Shown here: positions 28,124 through 40,140 of the stretch, one piece after another
Layout: each line of letters opens with the position of its first letter
Position numbering within the stretch: the first letter of the stretch is position 1
DNA from: the human T2T-CHM13v2.0 reference genome, Homo sapiens
DNA length: 64,000 nt
Assembly: GCF_009914755.1 (NCBI RefSeq)
Contig: NC_060947.1
Strand: one strand, 5' to 3'
Notes under the pieces: generated by a model
Told to the model about the DNA's origin: nothing
Databases searched by the model: none
Seen by the model: the letters and a program-made list of their open reading frames with translations, nothing else
Made by a program: the position numbers and the translations under genes

Positions 28124-28341
28124 GTCTCCATGACTGCTACAACTTGACAGCAAGATAAGAAAAACTTTGAAATCTACCACAGAGGCACTTTACTGAATAT
28201 TTAATCAAGAAGCACTGTTTTAAGCAAAAGTCATAGTAAACTTAAAGGTATTTTCATTCACCCTATGTGTATATTTTTATAGCTTGGTTTTTTTCTTGCA
28301 ATTCCTTTACTTACTCCTCACTCATTTATATCCCCATCTCC

Positions 28342-30127
28342 TTTTTTAATTTAAATTTTTTATTTTTAATATTTGTGGGTATGTAGTGATGTATATATTT
28401 ACGGGGTACATGAGATGTTTCGCTACAGACATGCAATGTGTAATAATCACATCATGGAATGGGATATCCATCCTCTCAAGCATTTATACTTTGTGTTACA
28501 AACAAACTAATTATAGTATTTTAGTTATTTTAAAATGTACAATTCAGTTGTTATTGACTATAGCCACCCTGTTGTGCTATCAAATAGCAGGTCTTATTCA
28601 TTCTTTCTATTTTTGTACCTCTTACCCATCCTCACTTCCCCCACTCTGCCATCCCACTACTCTTAGCAGCCTCTAGTACCCATCTTTCTACTCTCTATGT
28701 TCATGAGTTCAATTGTTTTAATTTTCAGATCTCACAAACAAGTGAGAACATGTGATGTTTGTCTTTCTGTGCCTGGCTTACTTCACTTAACATAATGACC
28801 TCTAGGTCCATTTATCTTGTTGCAAATGACAGGATATTATTATTTTTATGGCTGAGTAATATTCCATTGTGTGTATGCATCATATTTTCTTTATCCATTC
28901 ATCTGTTGATGAACACTTAGGTTGCTTCTAAATCTTGGCTATTGTATACAGTGCTGCAACAAACATGGGAGTGGAGATATCTCTTTGATATACTGATTTT
29001 CTTTCTTTGGGTTATATACCCAGCAGTGGAATTGCTGGATCATATAGTAGCTCAATTTTTAGTTATTTTGAGGAACCTCCAAACTATTCTCCATAGTGGT
29101 TGTACTAACTTACATTCCCACCAACAGTGCACAAGGGTTCTTTTTTCTCTACATTCTCGCCAGCATTTGTTATTGCCTGTCTATTGGATATAAGTCATTT
29201 TAACTGGAGTGTGGAATATCTTACCATAGTTTTTCTTTGCATTTCTCTGATGATCAATGTTGTTGAGAACCTTTTCATATGCCTGTTTGCCATTTGTATG
29301 TCTCCTTTTGAGAGATGTCTATTCAAATCTTTTGCACATTTTTAATCCTATCATTAGATTTTTCCTATAGAGTTGTTTGAATCCCTTATACATTCTTGTT
29401 ATTAACCTTTTGTCAGATGAGTAGTTTGCAAATATTTTCTCCCATTTTGTGGGTTGTCTCTTATTTTTGTTTCTTGTTTCCTTTGTTGTGCAGTAGCTTT
29501 TTAATTTGATATGATCCCATTTGTCCATTTTTGCTTTGGTTGCCTGTGCTTGTGAGGCATTACTCAAGAAATGTTTGCCCAGACTGATGTCCTGGAGAGT
29601 TTCCCCAATGTTTTTTTGTAGTAGTTTAATAGCCTGAGGTCTTAGGTTTAAGTCTTTAATCTATTTTGATTTGATATTTGTATATGGTATGACATAGGGG
29701 TCTAGTTTCTTTTTTCTGAATATGTATATCCAGTTTTCCCAGCACCATTTATTGAAGAGACTATCTTTTCCAAAGCATATGTCTGGGCACCTTTGGGGAT
29801 AATGAGTTCACTGTAAATGTGTGGATTTTTTTCTGGGTTCTCAATTCTGTTCCACTGGTCTATGTGTCTGCTTTTATGCCAGTACCATGCTGTTTTTGTT
29901 CCTATAGCTCTGTAGTATAATTTGAAGTCAGATAATGTAATTCCTCCAGATTTTCTCTTTTTGCTCAAAGTAGCTTTGGCTATTTTGGGTCTTCTGTGGT
30001 TCCATATAAATTTTAAGATTGGCTTTCTATTTCTGTAAAGAATGTCATTGATCTTTTGATAGGAATTGCTTTGAATCTGTCAATTGTTTGGGGTAGAATG
30101 GACATTTGAATAATACTAATTCTTCCT
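28342..30127 (-). mobile_element. L1MA2/3-like 3' fragment; a second L1 fragment follows at about 30128-30420
   Basis: 3'UTR 'ggggtacatgagatgttt...catgcaatgtgtaataatcacatcatg'; ORF2 frames 29319-29567 and 29702-29968 ([26 protein letters not shown]). Confidence 0.86.
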
Positions 30128-30716
30128 CTGTTGGCTATTTCTATGTCTCCTTTTGAGAAAGGTCTATTAAGATCCTTTGCCCACTTTTTCTTCCTAAAGA
30201 GTCATTCGAGTTCCTTATATATTTTGGATATTAAGCCCTTATCAGAGATACAGTTTGCAAATACTTTATCCCATTCTGCATGTTTTCTCTTCACTCAATT
30301 GTTTGTTTTCTTGGCTGTGCCGAAACTCTAGTTTGATCTACTCACATTTGTCTAGTTTTGCTTTCATTGTCTGTGGTTTTGGGTTGATATTCAAATAATA
30401 GTTGCGCAGACCAATGCTGAGCTTCTAGAAACTGTTAGATAATGTCTTCAGTTTTAGAAAACATTTAGCCATAGTCTATTTAAAGATTCCTTCTATTACA
30501 TTCTCTCTCTCCTTACAGGTATATTAGAAATTTTGTGGCATATATTTCTTTCACTCTGCACTTTTCTTTTTATTTTTTTCCACTGTATTTCACATTGGAT
30601 ATTTGTCTGTAGAGTCTACTAGTTGTATTTTCTGTTTTGTTCTGTTTGCTACTATTCCCATCCAGTGAATTATTAATTTCAAGTATCAAGTTTTTCTAGA
30701 TCTACAATGTTAATTT

Positions 30717-32193
30717 ATTTTTATTTCAACTTTTATTTTAGATACAGAAGGTACTTGTACAGATTTGTTACATGGAAATATTGAGTGATGCTGAGGTTTG
30801 GAGTATGGATACTTTCACCTTGGTAGTGAGCATAGTACTTCATAGGTAGTTTTTAAACCTATTTTCCCTCCTTTCACCCTCTAGTAGTACACGGTGTCTA
30901 TTTGTTCCATATTTATGTTCATTTGCACTTAATGCTTAGCTCCCACTTGTAAATGAGAACATGCTATATTTGGTTTTCAGTTCCTGCATTAATTTGCTTA
31001 GGTTATAGCCTCCAGTTCTATCCATGTAGCTGCAAAGGACATGATTTCATTCTCTTTTATGGCTGTGTAGTATCCCAAAGTGCATGGGTACCATATTTTC
31101 ATAATCCAAGCTACCACTGATGGGTACCTGACTTGCTTCCATGTTTTTGCTATTGTGAATAGTGCAGTGATGAACATACAAGTATATGTGTCTTTTTGGT
31201 AGAATGATTTATTTTGGGAGAGTATATACACAGTAATGATACTGCTGGGTTTACTTGTAGTTCTGCTTAAAATTCTTTAAAAAATTTCCAGACTGCTTTC
31301 CACAGTGGCTTGATTTATTCGCATTCCCACCAAGTGTATATGTGTTCCCTTTTTTTCACAGCCTGGCCATCATCTGTTTTCATTCTTATTTTTTTTGACT
31401 TTTTAAAAATTGCCATTTTGACAGGTATAAGATGATATCTCAGTGTGGTTTTGATTTGCATTTCTCTGATGATTGATGATATTGAGCATTTTTTTCATAT
31501 GTTCATTGACCTCTTCTACGTCTTCTTTTGAGAAGTGTCTCTTCATGCCCTTTGGCAATGTTTTAATTGGGTTATCTGTGTTTTGCTTTTGATTTAAGTT
31601 CCCTCTAGATTCTGAATATTAGGCTTTTGTCAGATGCATAGTTTGTGATTACCTTTTCCCTTTCTGTAGGTTGTCTATTTCCTCTGTTGATAGTTTCTTT
31701 TCCTCTGCAGAAACTCTTTAGTTTAATTATATTCCACTTGTCTATTTTTGGTTTTGTTACAATTGCTTTTGGGTACTTAGCCAAGAAGCCGTTGCCAACA
31801 TCAATGTCCAAAAGCGTATTCCTAGATTGTCTTTCAGGATTTCTTGTAGTTTGAGGTCTTACATTTAAATCTTTAATCCATTATGAGTTAATTTTTGTAA
31901 ATGGTAAAATGTAGGTGTCCAGCTTCTGTCTTCTGCATATGGCTAGTTATCCTAACACCATTTACTGAATAGGGAGTCCTTTTTTTATTGCTGGTTTTTG
32001 TCAGCCTTGCCAAAGATCAGATGGTTGTAGGTTTGTGGCTTTATTTCTGAGTTTTCTATTCTGTTTTATTGGTCTGTATGTCTGTTATTGTACCAGTGTC
32101 AAGCTGTTTTGGTTACTGTGACTTTATGGTATAGTTTCAAGTTGGGTAGTGTGATGACTTCACCTTTATTCTTTTTGCTTGGGATTGCTTTGC
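30717..32193 (-). mobile_element. 5'-truncated L1PA15/16-like element inserted in an ancient L1M remnant
   Basis: 3'UTR 'gtgatgctgaggtttggagtatgg'; 15-bp TSD ctacaatgttaattt (30702-30716) / ctagaatgttaattt (32194-32208). Confidence 0.88.
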
Positions 32194-32454
32194 CTAGAAT
32201 GTTAATTTTTTTAATAGATTCTGATTTTCTGCTGAATTTTCCCATCTTTTTGTTCCTTTTGTTCATATTTTTTTTACTCTAGCTGTAATTATTTTATAAT
32301 CTTTTTCTACTAACTCCAATATTTGTATCTGTGGCTATGCATCAGTTGTTTATTTTTGTAATGATTGAAAGGCAAATTTTTCTGCCTCATTCACAGGTCT
32401 AGTAATGTTTTATTGTATATCAGGCAGTGTGTATTAAAAAACTATAAAGAATCA

Positions 32455-32827
32455 ACCACCTTACTCCTGCAAGAATGGCCAAAACAAAAAAATAAAAAAA
32501 TAATAGATGTTGGCGCGGATGTGGTGAAAAGAGAGCACTTTTACACTGTTGGTAGAAATGTAAACTAGTACAATCACTATGAAAAAAAAAAGGGTGGAGA
32601 TTCCTTAAAGAAATAAAAGTATACTACCATTTGATCCAGGAATCCCACTACTAGGTATCTAACCAGGTGAAATAAGTCATTATACAAAAACGATACTTGC
32701 ACATGCATATTTATCACAGCACAATTTACAATTGTGAAAATATGGAACCAGCCCAAATGCCCATCAATCAATGGGTGGATAAAGAAAATATGGTATATAT
32801 ACACCATGGAATGCTAGTCAGCCATTA
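32455..32827 (+). mobile_element. L1PB-type ORF2 3' fragment
   Basis: caccttactcctgcaagaatggcc...aaaatatggaaccagcccaaatgcccatcaatcaatg. Confidence 0.8.
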
Positions 32828-33730
32828 AACTATAGTCACCCTACTCTGTTATGAAACACCAGAACTTATTCCTTCAATTTAATGCTATGTCTATATCCAT
32901 TAACAAACCTCTTTTCATCTCCCCCAACTCATAAACCATTCCCAGCCTCTGTTATCTATCATTCTACTCAATACCTCCATGAGACCAAATATTTTACTTC
33001 CACATATGAGTAACAGAAGGTGATATTTGTCTTTGTTTGCCTGGGTTATTTAATTTAACATAGTGACTTCCAGTTCTATCCATGTTGCTGCAAATGACAT
33101 AATTTTATTCTTGTTTATGGTGAAATAGTATTCCATTGTGTATATATACCACATTTTATTTATTCATTTGTCCATTGATGGACAAATAGGTTAAATGCAT
33201 GTATTTGCTACAGTGAATAGCACTTAATTAAACATTTATGTACAAGACTTTGAAAATATGCCTTCATTTGTCTGGAGTACATGCCTTGGAATGAACTTGT
33301 TGAATCATATAGTAGATGTGTTTAAGTTTTTAGGTAATTACCACAACATTTTTGACAGATGTATTATTTTACATTCCAACTAGCAGTGTATGAGTTTCAG
33401 TTGCTCTACATCTTGGACAGCATTTGATATTTCCAGTTTTTTGTTTGTTTGCTTTGCTTTCAGATCTTGCAATAGATGTGTAGTGGTATCTCATTGATGT
33501 CTTTATTTGAATTTTTCTAATGGATAGTGATGTTTAGCATCTTTTCATATGCTTATTTGCCACTCTTGTATCTTCTGTATTTGTCAGTTCTTTTGTCCAT
33601 TTTGTGATGAGTGATTTGTTTCCTATTGTTGAGTTTTAAGAGTTATTTATATCCTCTGTGTACAAGTCCTTTGTCAGAAATGTGATTTGCAAATATTCCC
33701 CCCTATCTTTGGCTTGTCTTTTTTCTTTTT
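32828..33730 (-). mobile_element. L1MA fragment followed by older L1M fragment
   Basis: aactatagtcaccctactctgt...ccatgttgctgcaaatgac..., then decayed L1M 3' text. Confidence 0.68.
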
Positions 33731-33732
33731 AA

Positions 33733-34209
33733 TGTGAAAAGGGCTCAGGTTTGATCCAGAGTGCAACCAGGCAGAATTTAGATTTATTGATAAAATTCAA
33801 TTCAAGAGCAAGGGTATAGGTAATGGGAGCTATGGAGTTTTATTGTGACTGGGGAGGTGAGGCCAGGATAAAGAGGCCAAGTCTTGTGTAGTTTGAAATT
33901 TCTGCCAAAAGCAAGGGACAAAGGAAGTGTTCAGATTTTTTTTTTACCTTGTTGTCTACCTGTAAGGCAAAGGGGTGTGGGAAGGGTTGGGGACCTAGAA
34001 GCTGTCATATTCAAAAATAGTCTCTCCCTTTGTACAGAATTTGTGCCCTTCTTGGGAAATCCTCTTGCTATTTCTGATGTGAGTAATAAGCTTTATTTAT
34101 TATCTATTAATGTATATATGTCATTTACCCCACATCTAGATAAATTCCCGGGTTTGGTGGCCAGGCTGCCTGGTGTCAAGCAGGGGAGCCTAGACACCCA
34201 AATAAAACA
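33733..34209 (+). mobile_element. Putative ancient LTR upstream of the retroviral pol remnant
   Basis: Non-L1 block starting tgtg and ending ...aaataaaaca, followed by a degenerate PBS-like 18-mer (tgccaaagtaagcagaga) and then pol remnants; family not recognised. Confidence 0.4.
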
Positions 34210-34211
34210 AT

Positions 34212-35866
34212 TGCCAAAGTAAGCAGAGAAGGATGCCTGGACAAAGACCATGAGTGCAATGGATTTTTCTTCTCTTGCTTATGGCTTACAAGCTGGGTTC
34301 ATTTCACAGCTCAGTGGGTTTGGACAGAGTCAATCAATAGCTGATGTGCTTGTGCTTTGAGCTATACCATTCTATGTCGATTCTGCTGCCTTCTACCAAG
34401 CCCTTGCCCCAAATTTAGCAGGTCTAAGCTTGACATTACATGTGGGGGAACAGGGCTGAGGAGCTTGACGCCAGAGAGAGTTGGGAAAGCAAAAAAGGGA
34501 ATAAAGGCTAAGGAGCCTTACCCCTAACCACATCCTTAGAGATGCCAGGCCCATTTGTTGGAGAGAGTAGGGCCACAGTCGGGTGTCTTGGCCAGGCACT
34601 GCTCTCTGCATTTCCCGAACATTTCCTGCAAAGGGACAAAGTATTCCCCAGATGGTTCCTCTTATGATGAAGAGTTACTATAAGGCATTTAGAGTCCATG
34701 CTGCCAATTGCAGATGGTTAATTAGAGTGCTCTAAGGTCAAAAGTACTTCTGTTTCTGTAGCTGTCCTCAATTCCATTGCAATATCTTGATCTACATTGG
34801 AATTCTCTAGAGGGGAAAAAGTTAAAATTAAAATCCCCTAAATATTCTAAATTACAAAAGATAAAGAAGAAATTGCTAGGAATAAAGAAAGTAATAATTG
34901 TCATAATGACACATATTTTATTCTGCCAAATAAAAATCCCTAGATTATAATTCAGAGCTTATCATAAGATTGCATAATAAAGGAAGGGGGAAATAATTTG
35001 TTTTACATCTAAGGTCCCAAACAGATACAATAAATTATATACAATTAAATTCTCAGATCTAATGGTCAATCTCACTAAATCAGACCCTATATATTTGTCA
35101 CAATTTTAACTAATAAGGATTACCAAATTAGATACCAGACTATTCAACTTACTGAAGGAAGGGCTCATTATTTCAGTGGTTTCCCCTTTACTTGACCCAT
35201 TTGACCTATATTAAGACAAAATAAAAATGAGTGGCACCTGAATGAATCATTATAATGCCTCCTATCATAGTGGCACCCATAAAACTCTGAATCCAAACAT
35301 TACTGAAATAACAAATTCAATACAACAAGGCTGCTGGAAAATAATTTACTATTATAGATTTAACTGACATGTCCTATTCATCACCTCTTTCAATAGCCTC
35401 CCAACCTCAAGTCACATATCTCTTCAAAAGGGAACAGTACAGCTTTACTCAGCTCCCCATGACATGTGAAAGGTCTAGCTATCACACATAGACTATGCAG
35501 ACAAATCCTGAATCACATCTAATTGCTGCCAAGATTTCAGCTATGACATTATATTGATGACATTCTTTCAATGGGGACATCTAAATACTCATTAAAGAGC
35601 TTTCTTAGGTCTATTTGGACTTTTCAGGTGCTGTATTTCCATTTACAAATTTTATTACTTGTGTGCCTGCTTGTTATAAATGTGGCCTGCCTCACCAACA
35701 AGCCCTCAAGGCTGTATCCTTAATCATCCAACAAGTACTTCCTTCAATGTTACCAGGCCCACTCCTTTCTAAATGAAGCATTAGCAACCCTTACTCATGC
35801 TGCTTGGGGTCTCTAGACTACTCAAGATGGGCATTGCTTGCCATCTTGGGTTTTCAGTGCAAAAAA
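34212..35866 (+). pseudogene. Decayed retroviral internal region with reverse transcriptase and connection/RNase H remnants (class III ERV-L/ERV-S-like or MamGyp-type)
   Basis: Hand translation: LLKEGLIISVVSP (about 35147), FTIIDLTDMSYSSPLSIASQPQVTYLFKREQYSFTQLPM (from 35345), HYIDDIL (35547-35567), FLGLFGLFR..ISHLQILL, HAAWGL*TTQDG, LGFQCKK, in the order expected for ERVL-type pol. Confidence 0.82.
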
Positions 35867-36080
35867 CAATCAAACAAACAAACAAAAAACAAAAACAAGC
35901 AAAAACAAGACAAAATAAAACCTGCCTTCTTAAGCCTCCAGATGTACTCTATAGGGATGTCTTTTATTATTGATTCAATTTTGAAACTCAATATTGGTCT
36001 GTGCAGGGTTACAATAGCTTCCTGAGTCAATCTTGGAAGATTGTATGTTTCCAGGAATTTATTCATTTTCTTTAGATTTT

Positions 36081-36426
36081 TTTCATCATTTATCTTCTCT
36101 TTACTTATGATCTTCTAATTTTTTTATTATACTTTAAATTTTAGGGTACACGTGCACAACGTGCAAGTTTGTTACGTATGTATACATGTGCCATGATGGT
36201 GTGCTGCACCCATTAACTCGTCATTTAGCGTTAGGTATATCTCCTAATGCTATCCCTCTCCCCTCCCCCCACCCCACAACAGTCCCCAGTGTGTGATGTT
36301 CCCCTTCCTGTGTCCACGTGTTCTCATTGTTCAATTCCCACCTATAAGTGAGAACATGCGGTGTTTAGTTTTTTGTCCTTGCGATAGTTTGCTGAGAATG
36401 ATGGTTTCCAGTTTCATCCATGTCCC
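36081..36426 (-). mobile_element. Short L1PA3/4-like 3' end with about 35 bp of extra non-L1 sequence after its tail
   Basis: L1 3'UTR 36119-36426; TSD tagatttt at 36073-36080 and 36427-36434; 36084-36118 lies inside the TSDs. Confidence 0.88.
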
Positions 36427-36476
36427 TAGATTTTCTAGTTTGTGTGCACAGAGGTGTTCATAATAGTCTTTGAGGA

Positions 36477-36552
36477 TGGTATTACAACTGATCCCACAGA
36501 AATACTTCTGTGGAAATACAGAAGCATTTCTGTGGGATCAGTTGTAATACCA
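36477..36552. repeat. Inverted repeat, 35-bp arms (1 mismatch), 6-nt loop
   Basis: tggtattacaactgatcccacagaaatacttctgt-ggaaat-acagaagcatttctgtgggatcagttgtaatacca. Confidence 0.96.
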
Positions 36553-39399
36553 CCTTTGTTTCTTCTGATTGTGCTTATTTGAATCTTCTCTCTCTTATTC
36601 ATTGTTAATCTAGCTAGCAGTCAATTGATCTTGTTTATCCTTACCAAGAACCAACTTGTCATTTCATTGATTCTTTCTGTGGATCTCTGGATCTCAATTA
36701 TGTTCAGTTCCAATCTGATCAGTTTTTGTTTTCTGCTGTAAGCTTTGAGGTTCTTGTTTTTCTAATTTTTCTAGGTGTGATATTAGATTACTAATTTGAG
36801 ATTGTCCTAACTTCTTGAGGTAGGCAATTAGCACTGTAAACTTTCCTCCTAACACCACTTTTGTTGCATCCCAGAGATTTTGGTATGTTGTATCCCTATT
36901 TTTGTTTATTTCAAAGATTTTTTAAAAATTCCTTCCTTGATTTTGTTGTTACCCAAAAGTCATTCAGAATCAAGTTGTTTAATTTCCATGGAACTGTGTG
37001 GTTTTGAGAGATCTTCTCGGTATAGATTTTTATTTTTAGTCCACTGTGTTCTGTCAGTATGGTTGGTGTAATTTCATTTTCTTAAATTTATTAAGACTTG
37101 CTTTGCAACCAAGCATGTGGACAATCTTGGACTATCTTTGATGTGCAGATGAGAAGAATGTATATTCTGTGGTTGATGGGTGAAGTATTCTATGGATGTC
37201 TATTAGGTCCAATTGGTCAAGCATCAAGTTTAAGTCCAGAATTTCTTTGCTAGTTTTCTTCCTAATGATCTATCTAATTCTGTCAGTGGGGTGTTGAAGT
37301 TCACTGCTGTAATTGTGTATATGTCTAAGTCTTTTTGTACATCTAAAAGTACTTGTTTCATGAATCTGGGTGAGCCAATGCTGCATGTGTATATCATTAG
37401 AATCATTAAGTCATCTTCTTTAATTTGTCATTATATAATGCCCTCCTTTGACCTTCTTTACTGTTGTGGGTCTAAAGTCTGTTTTATCTGATATAAGAGT
37501 AGTGACCCCTGCTCTTTTTGTTTTTTTGTTTGCATTGGTGTTTCTTCATCCAATCCTTTACTTTGAGCCTGTGGGTTCCATTTTGTGTGAGATAGGTCTC
37601 TCAAAGACAGCAGATGAATGGATTTTGGTTTTTTATCCAACTGGTCATTCTTCGTCTTTTACATGGGGTGTCTAGATCATTTGTGTTCAAGGTTAATACT
37701 GATACGTGAGGTTTTGATTCTATTGTGAATTTGTTAGCTCTTTGCTTTGTAGTTTCTATTTTGTTTATGCTTTTTATAGGGTCTACGGGCTATTAACTTA
37801 AGTGTGTTTTTGTGGTAGTCAGTATCATTCTTTTGTTTCCATGTTTAGAACTCCCTGAAAAATCTCTTGTAATGCTGGTCTAGTGTTAACAAATTCCCTT
37901 AGCATTTGCTTGTCTGGAAAATATTTCATTTCTCCTTCACTTATGAAGCTTAGTTTGGCAAGATATAAATTCTTGGTTGAAATTTAGTTTTTTTATACAA
38001 TGCTGAAAATAGTCCCCCAATATCTCCTGGATTGTAAAGCTTCTGCTGAAAAATTTACTTTTAGCCTGATGTCACTCCCTTTGTATTTGATCTGTCTTTT
38101 CTCTACAGAAGTCTTTAAGATTTTTTTCTTTGGCATTGACCTTGGACAGTCTGGTGACTATATGCCTTGGTGAAGTTCATTTTGTATAGTATCTCACAGG
38201 TGTACTCTGGATTTCTTGTATATGGATGTCTATTTTTCTAGCAAGATTGGGAAGTTTTCTTGAATTATTCCCTAAAATATATTTTTCCTGTTTGTTTGCT
38301 TTTCCCCCACCTCTCTCAGGATTGCCAATAATCTGTATGTTTTGTCACCTTACATAATAAGATATTTCTTGAAGACCCTCCTCATTTATTAAAATTATTT
38401 TCTCTTTATTTTTGTCAGACTGGTTTAGCTCAAAAAACCAGTCTTCAAACTCTAATATTATTTCTTCTGCTTTACCCAGTTTACTAATAAAGTTTTCAAT
38501 TGTGTCTTAACAATTTTTAAGTGAGTTTTCAATTACAGAAACTCTGATTGATTTCTTTTTAAGATGTTTATCTCTTTCTTTCTTTCGTAGGTTGCTTTAG
38601 AAATTTATTCATGTTGATTTTTAACTTTGTCTTGAATTTCATTGAGCTTCTTTGCTATCTATGCTTTGAATTCTTTATCTGTCATTTCTGAATTTCCATT
38701 TTGTTTAGGGATTATTGCTGGAGAGCTAGTGTGATCCTTTGGTGGTATAACTTCATTCAGATTTTTTATGGTGCCAGAATTATTGTGCTGGTTCCTTCTC
38801 ATTTGGAGGTGCTGGCACTTCTAATTTCTGTAAATACGTCTGTGCAGGTAGGATTTTTTTCTTTTTCTTTGTTTTCTTATAATGTTGTTATTATTTCATT
38901 ATTAATATTTTTTCTTTCCCTTTCACTCCCCTCTTATGGGGTGCGACTAGAGAATGCTTGGTAGAGTCTCTTGGCTTAGCTTCTATAGCACTATGCACTT
39001 CTTTTGGCACAGTTTATATTAGGCTGTGCAGTTTATCCAACAAGCCTGTAAATGACATTTATAGTTATGAGCTGGCTGTGAGCAACATATGTGGGTATAT
39101 ACTTGATCATTGTTACTGGCAGAAGCTCTCTGTTGCCTCAGGCAATGGGTTGATTTATAGAATGCACAGTGGTCAGAGCTCTTTCCTCAGGCATGGGAGA
39201 GCAGGAGCCACAAAAGGAGCGGCCAGACTGGGTATGTCCACCTGCAGGTCCTCTGATGGCAGGCACAAGCACCAGTGCCAAGGGATAAACCAGTGAGTGG
39301 TCACCAGGCACCCAATGGCATGCCTAGGCTTGGAGCTGGCAAACCTCCTCAGCTCCAAGTTCTCTACACAGGGATGGGAGTCATCTTAAGCTTATAATC

Positions 39400-40140
39400 C
39401 AGGAGAGTGGGCGCTCCAGGTGCCTGGAGATATGCCTGGGTGTGGAGCAGAGAGGGCCACCCTGCAACAAGATCTCTGCACAAAGGAGATTGGGCTTCTC
39501 AGGCTGCTGAAACAGGCAAACAAGCGTTCCATGTGCCTGGACATCTGCCTAGGTGTGGAGCAGAGATGACACCCTGCAAGATCTCTGCACAGAAGGGATG
39601 GGGCATCTCAGGCTGCTTGATGAAGCAAGCACATTCTCTGAATGCCTGGAGATCTGCTTGAGTGTGTCAGAAAGGGTCCTCCTGCACCAAAATCTCTGCA
39701 CAAGAGGGGTGGGGCTGGTCATGCTGCAGATTCTGGTGAGCAGGTGTTCCAAATATCTGGAGATCTGACTAGGCATGAAGCAGAGAGAACTGCACCAAGA
39801 ACTATGTGCAGGAAGGGTGGGGTGGCTCAGGCTGCTGAACCAAGAGAACAGGTGCTCCAATGGCTGAAGGTCAGACTGGGCATCGAGCAGAGAAAACTGC
39901 ATCAAGAACTATGTGTGGCAAGGGTGGGGTGGCTCAGGCTGCTAAGCCAGGTGAATGGGTGCTCCAAATACTTGGAGATCTGCTTGAGTGTGGAGCAGAG
40001 AGCACACCCCTGCACCACAATATATGTCCAGGAAGGGTGGGTGGCTCTGGCTGTTGATCCAGACAAGTGGGTCCTCCAATGCCTGGATTTCTGCCTCAGG
40101 GTGGAGCAGAAAGGGCCCCCCTGTATTGTGGTATCAGAGA
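39400..40140. repeat. Degenerate tandem array (about 7 units of about 110 bp) within the old L1 5' region
   Basis: Motif tgcctggagatctgc..gtgtggagcagagag recurs near 39421, 39534, 39643, 39754, 39860, 39968 and 40080. Confidence 0.88.

Noticed and set aside
39400-40140. Regularly spaced repeats as a CRISPR-like array
   Set aside because: Whole 110-bp units are homologous (no unique spacers), the array sits within an L1 5' region, the context is eukaryotic and no cas genes are present.
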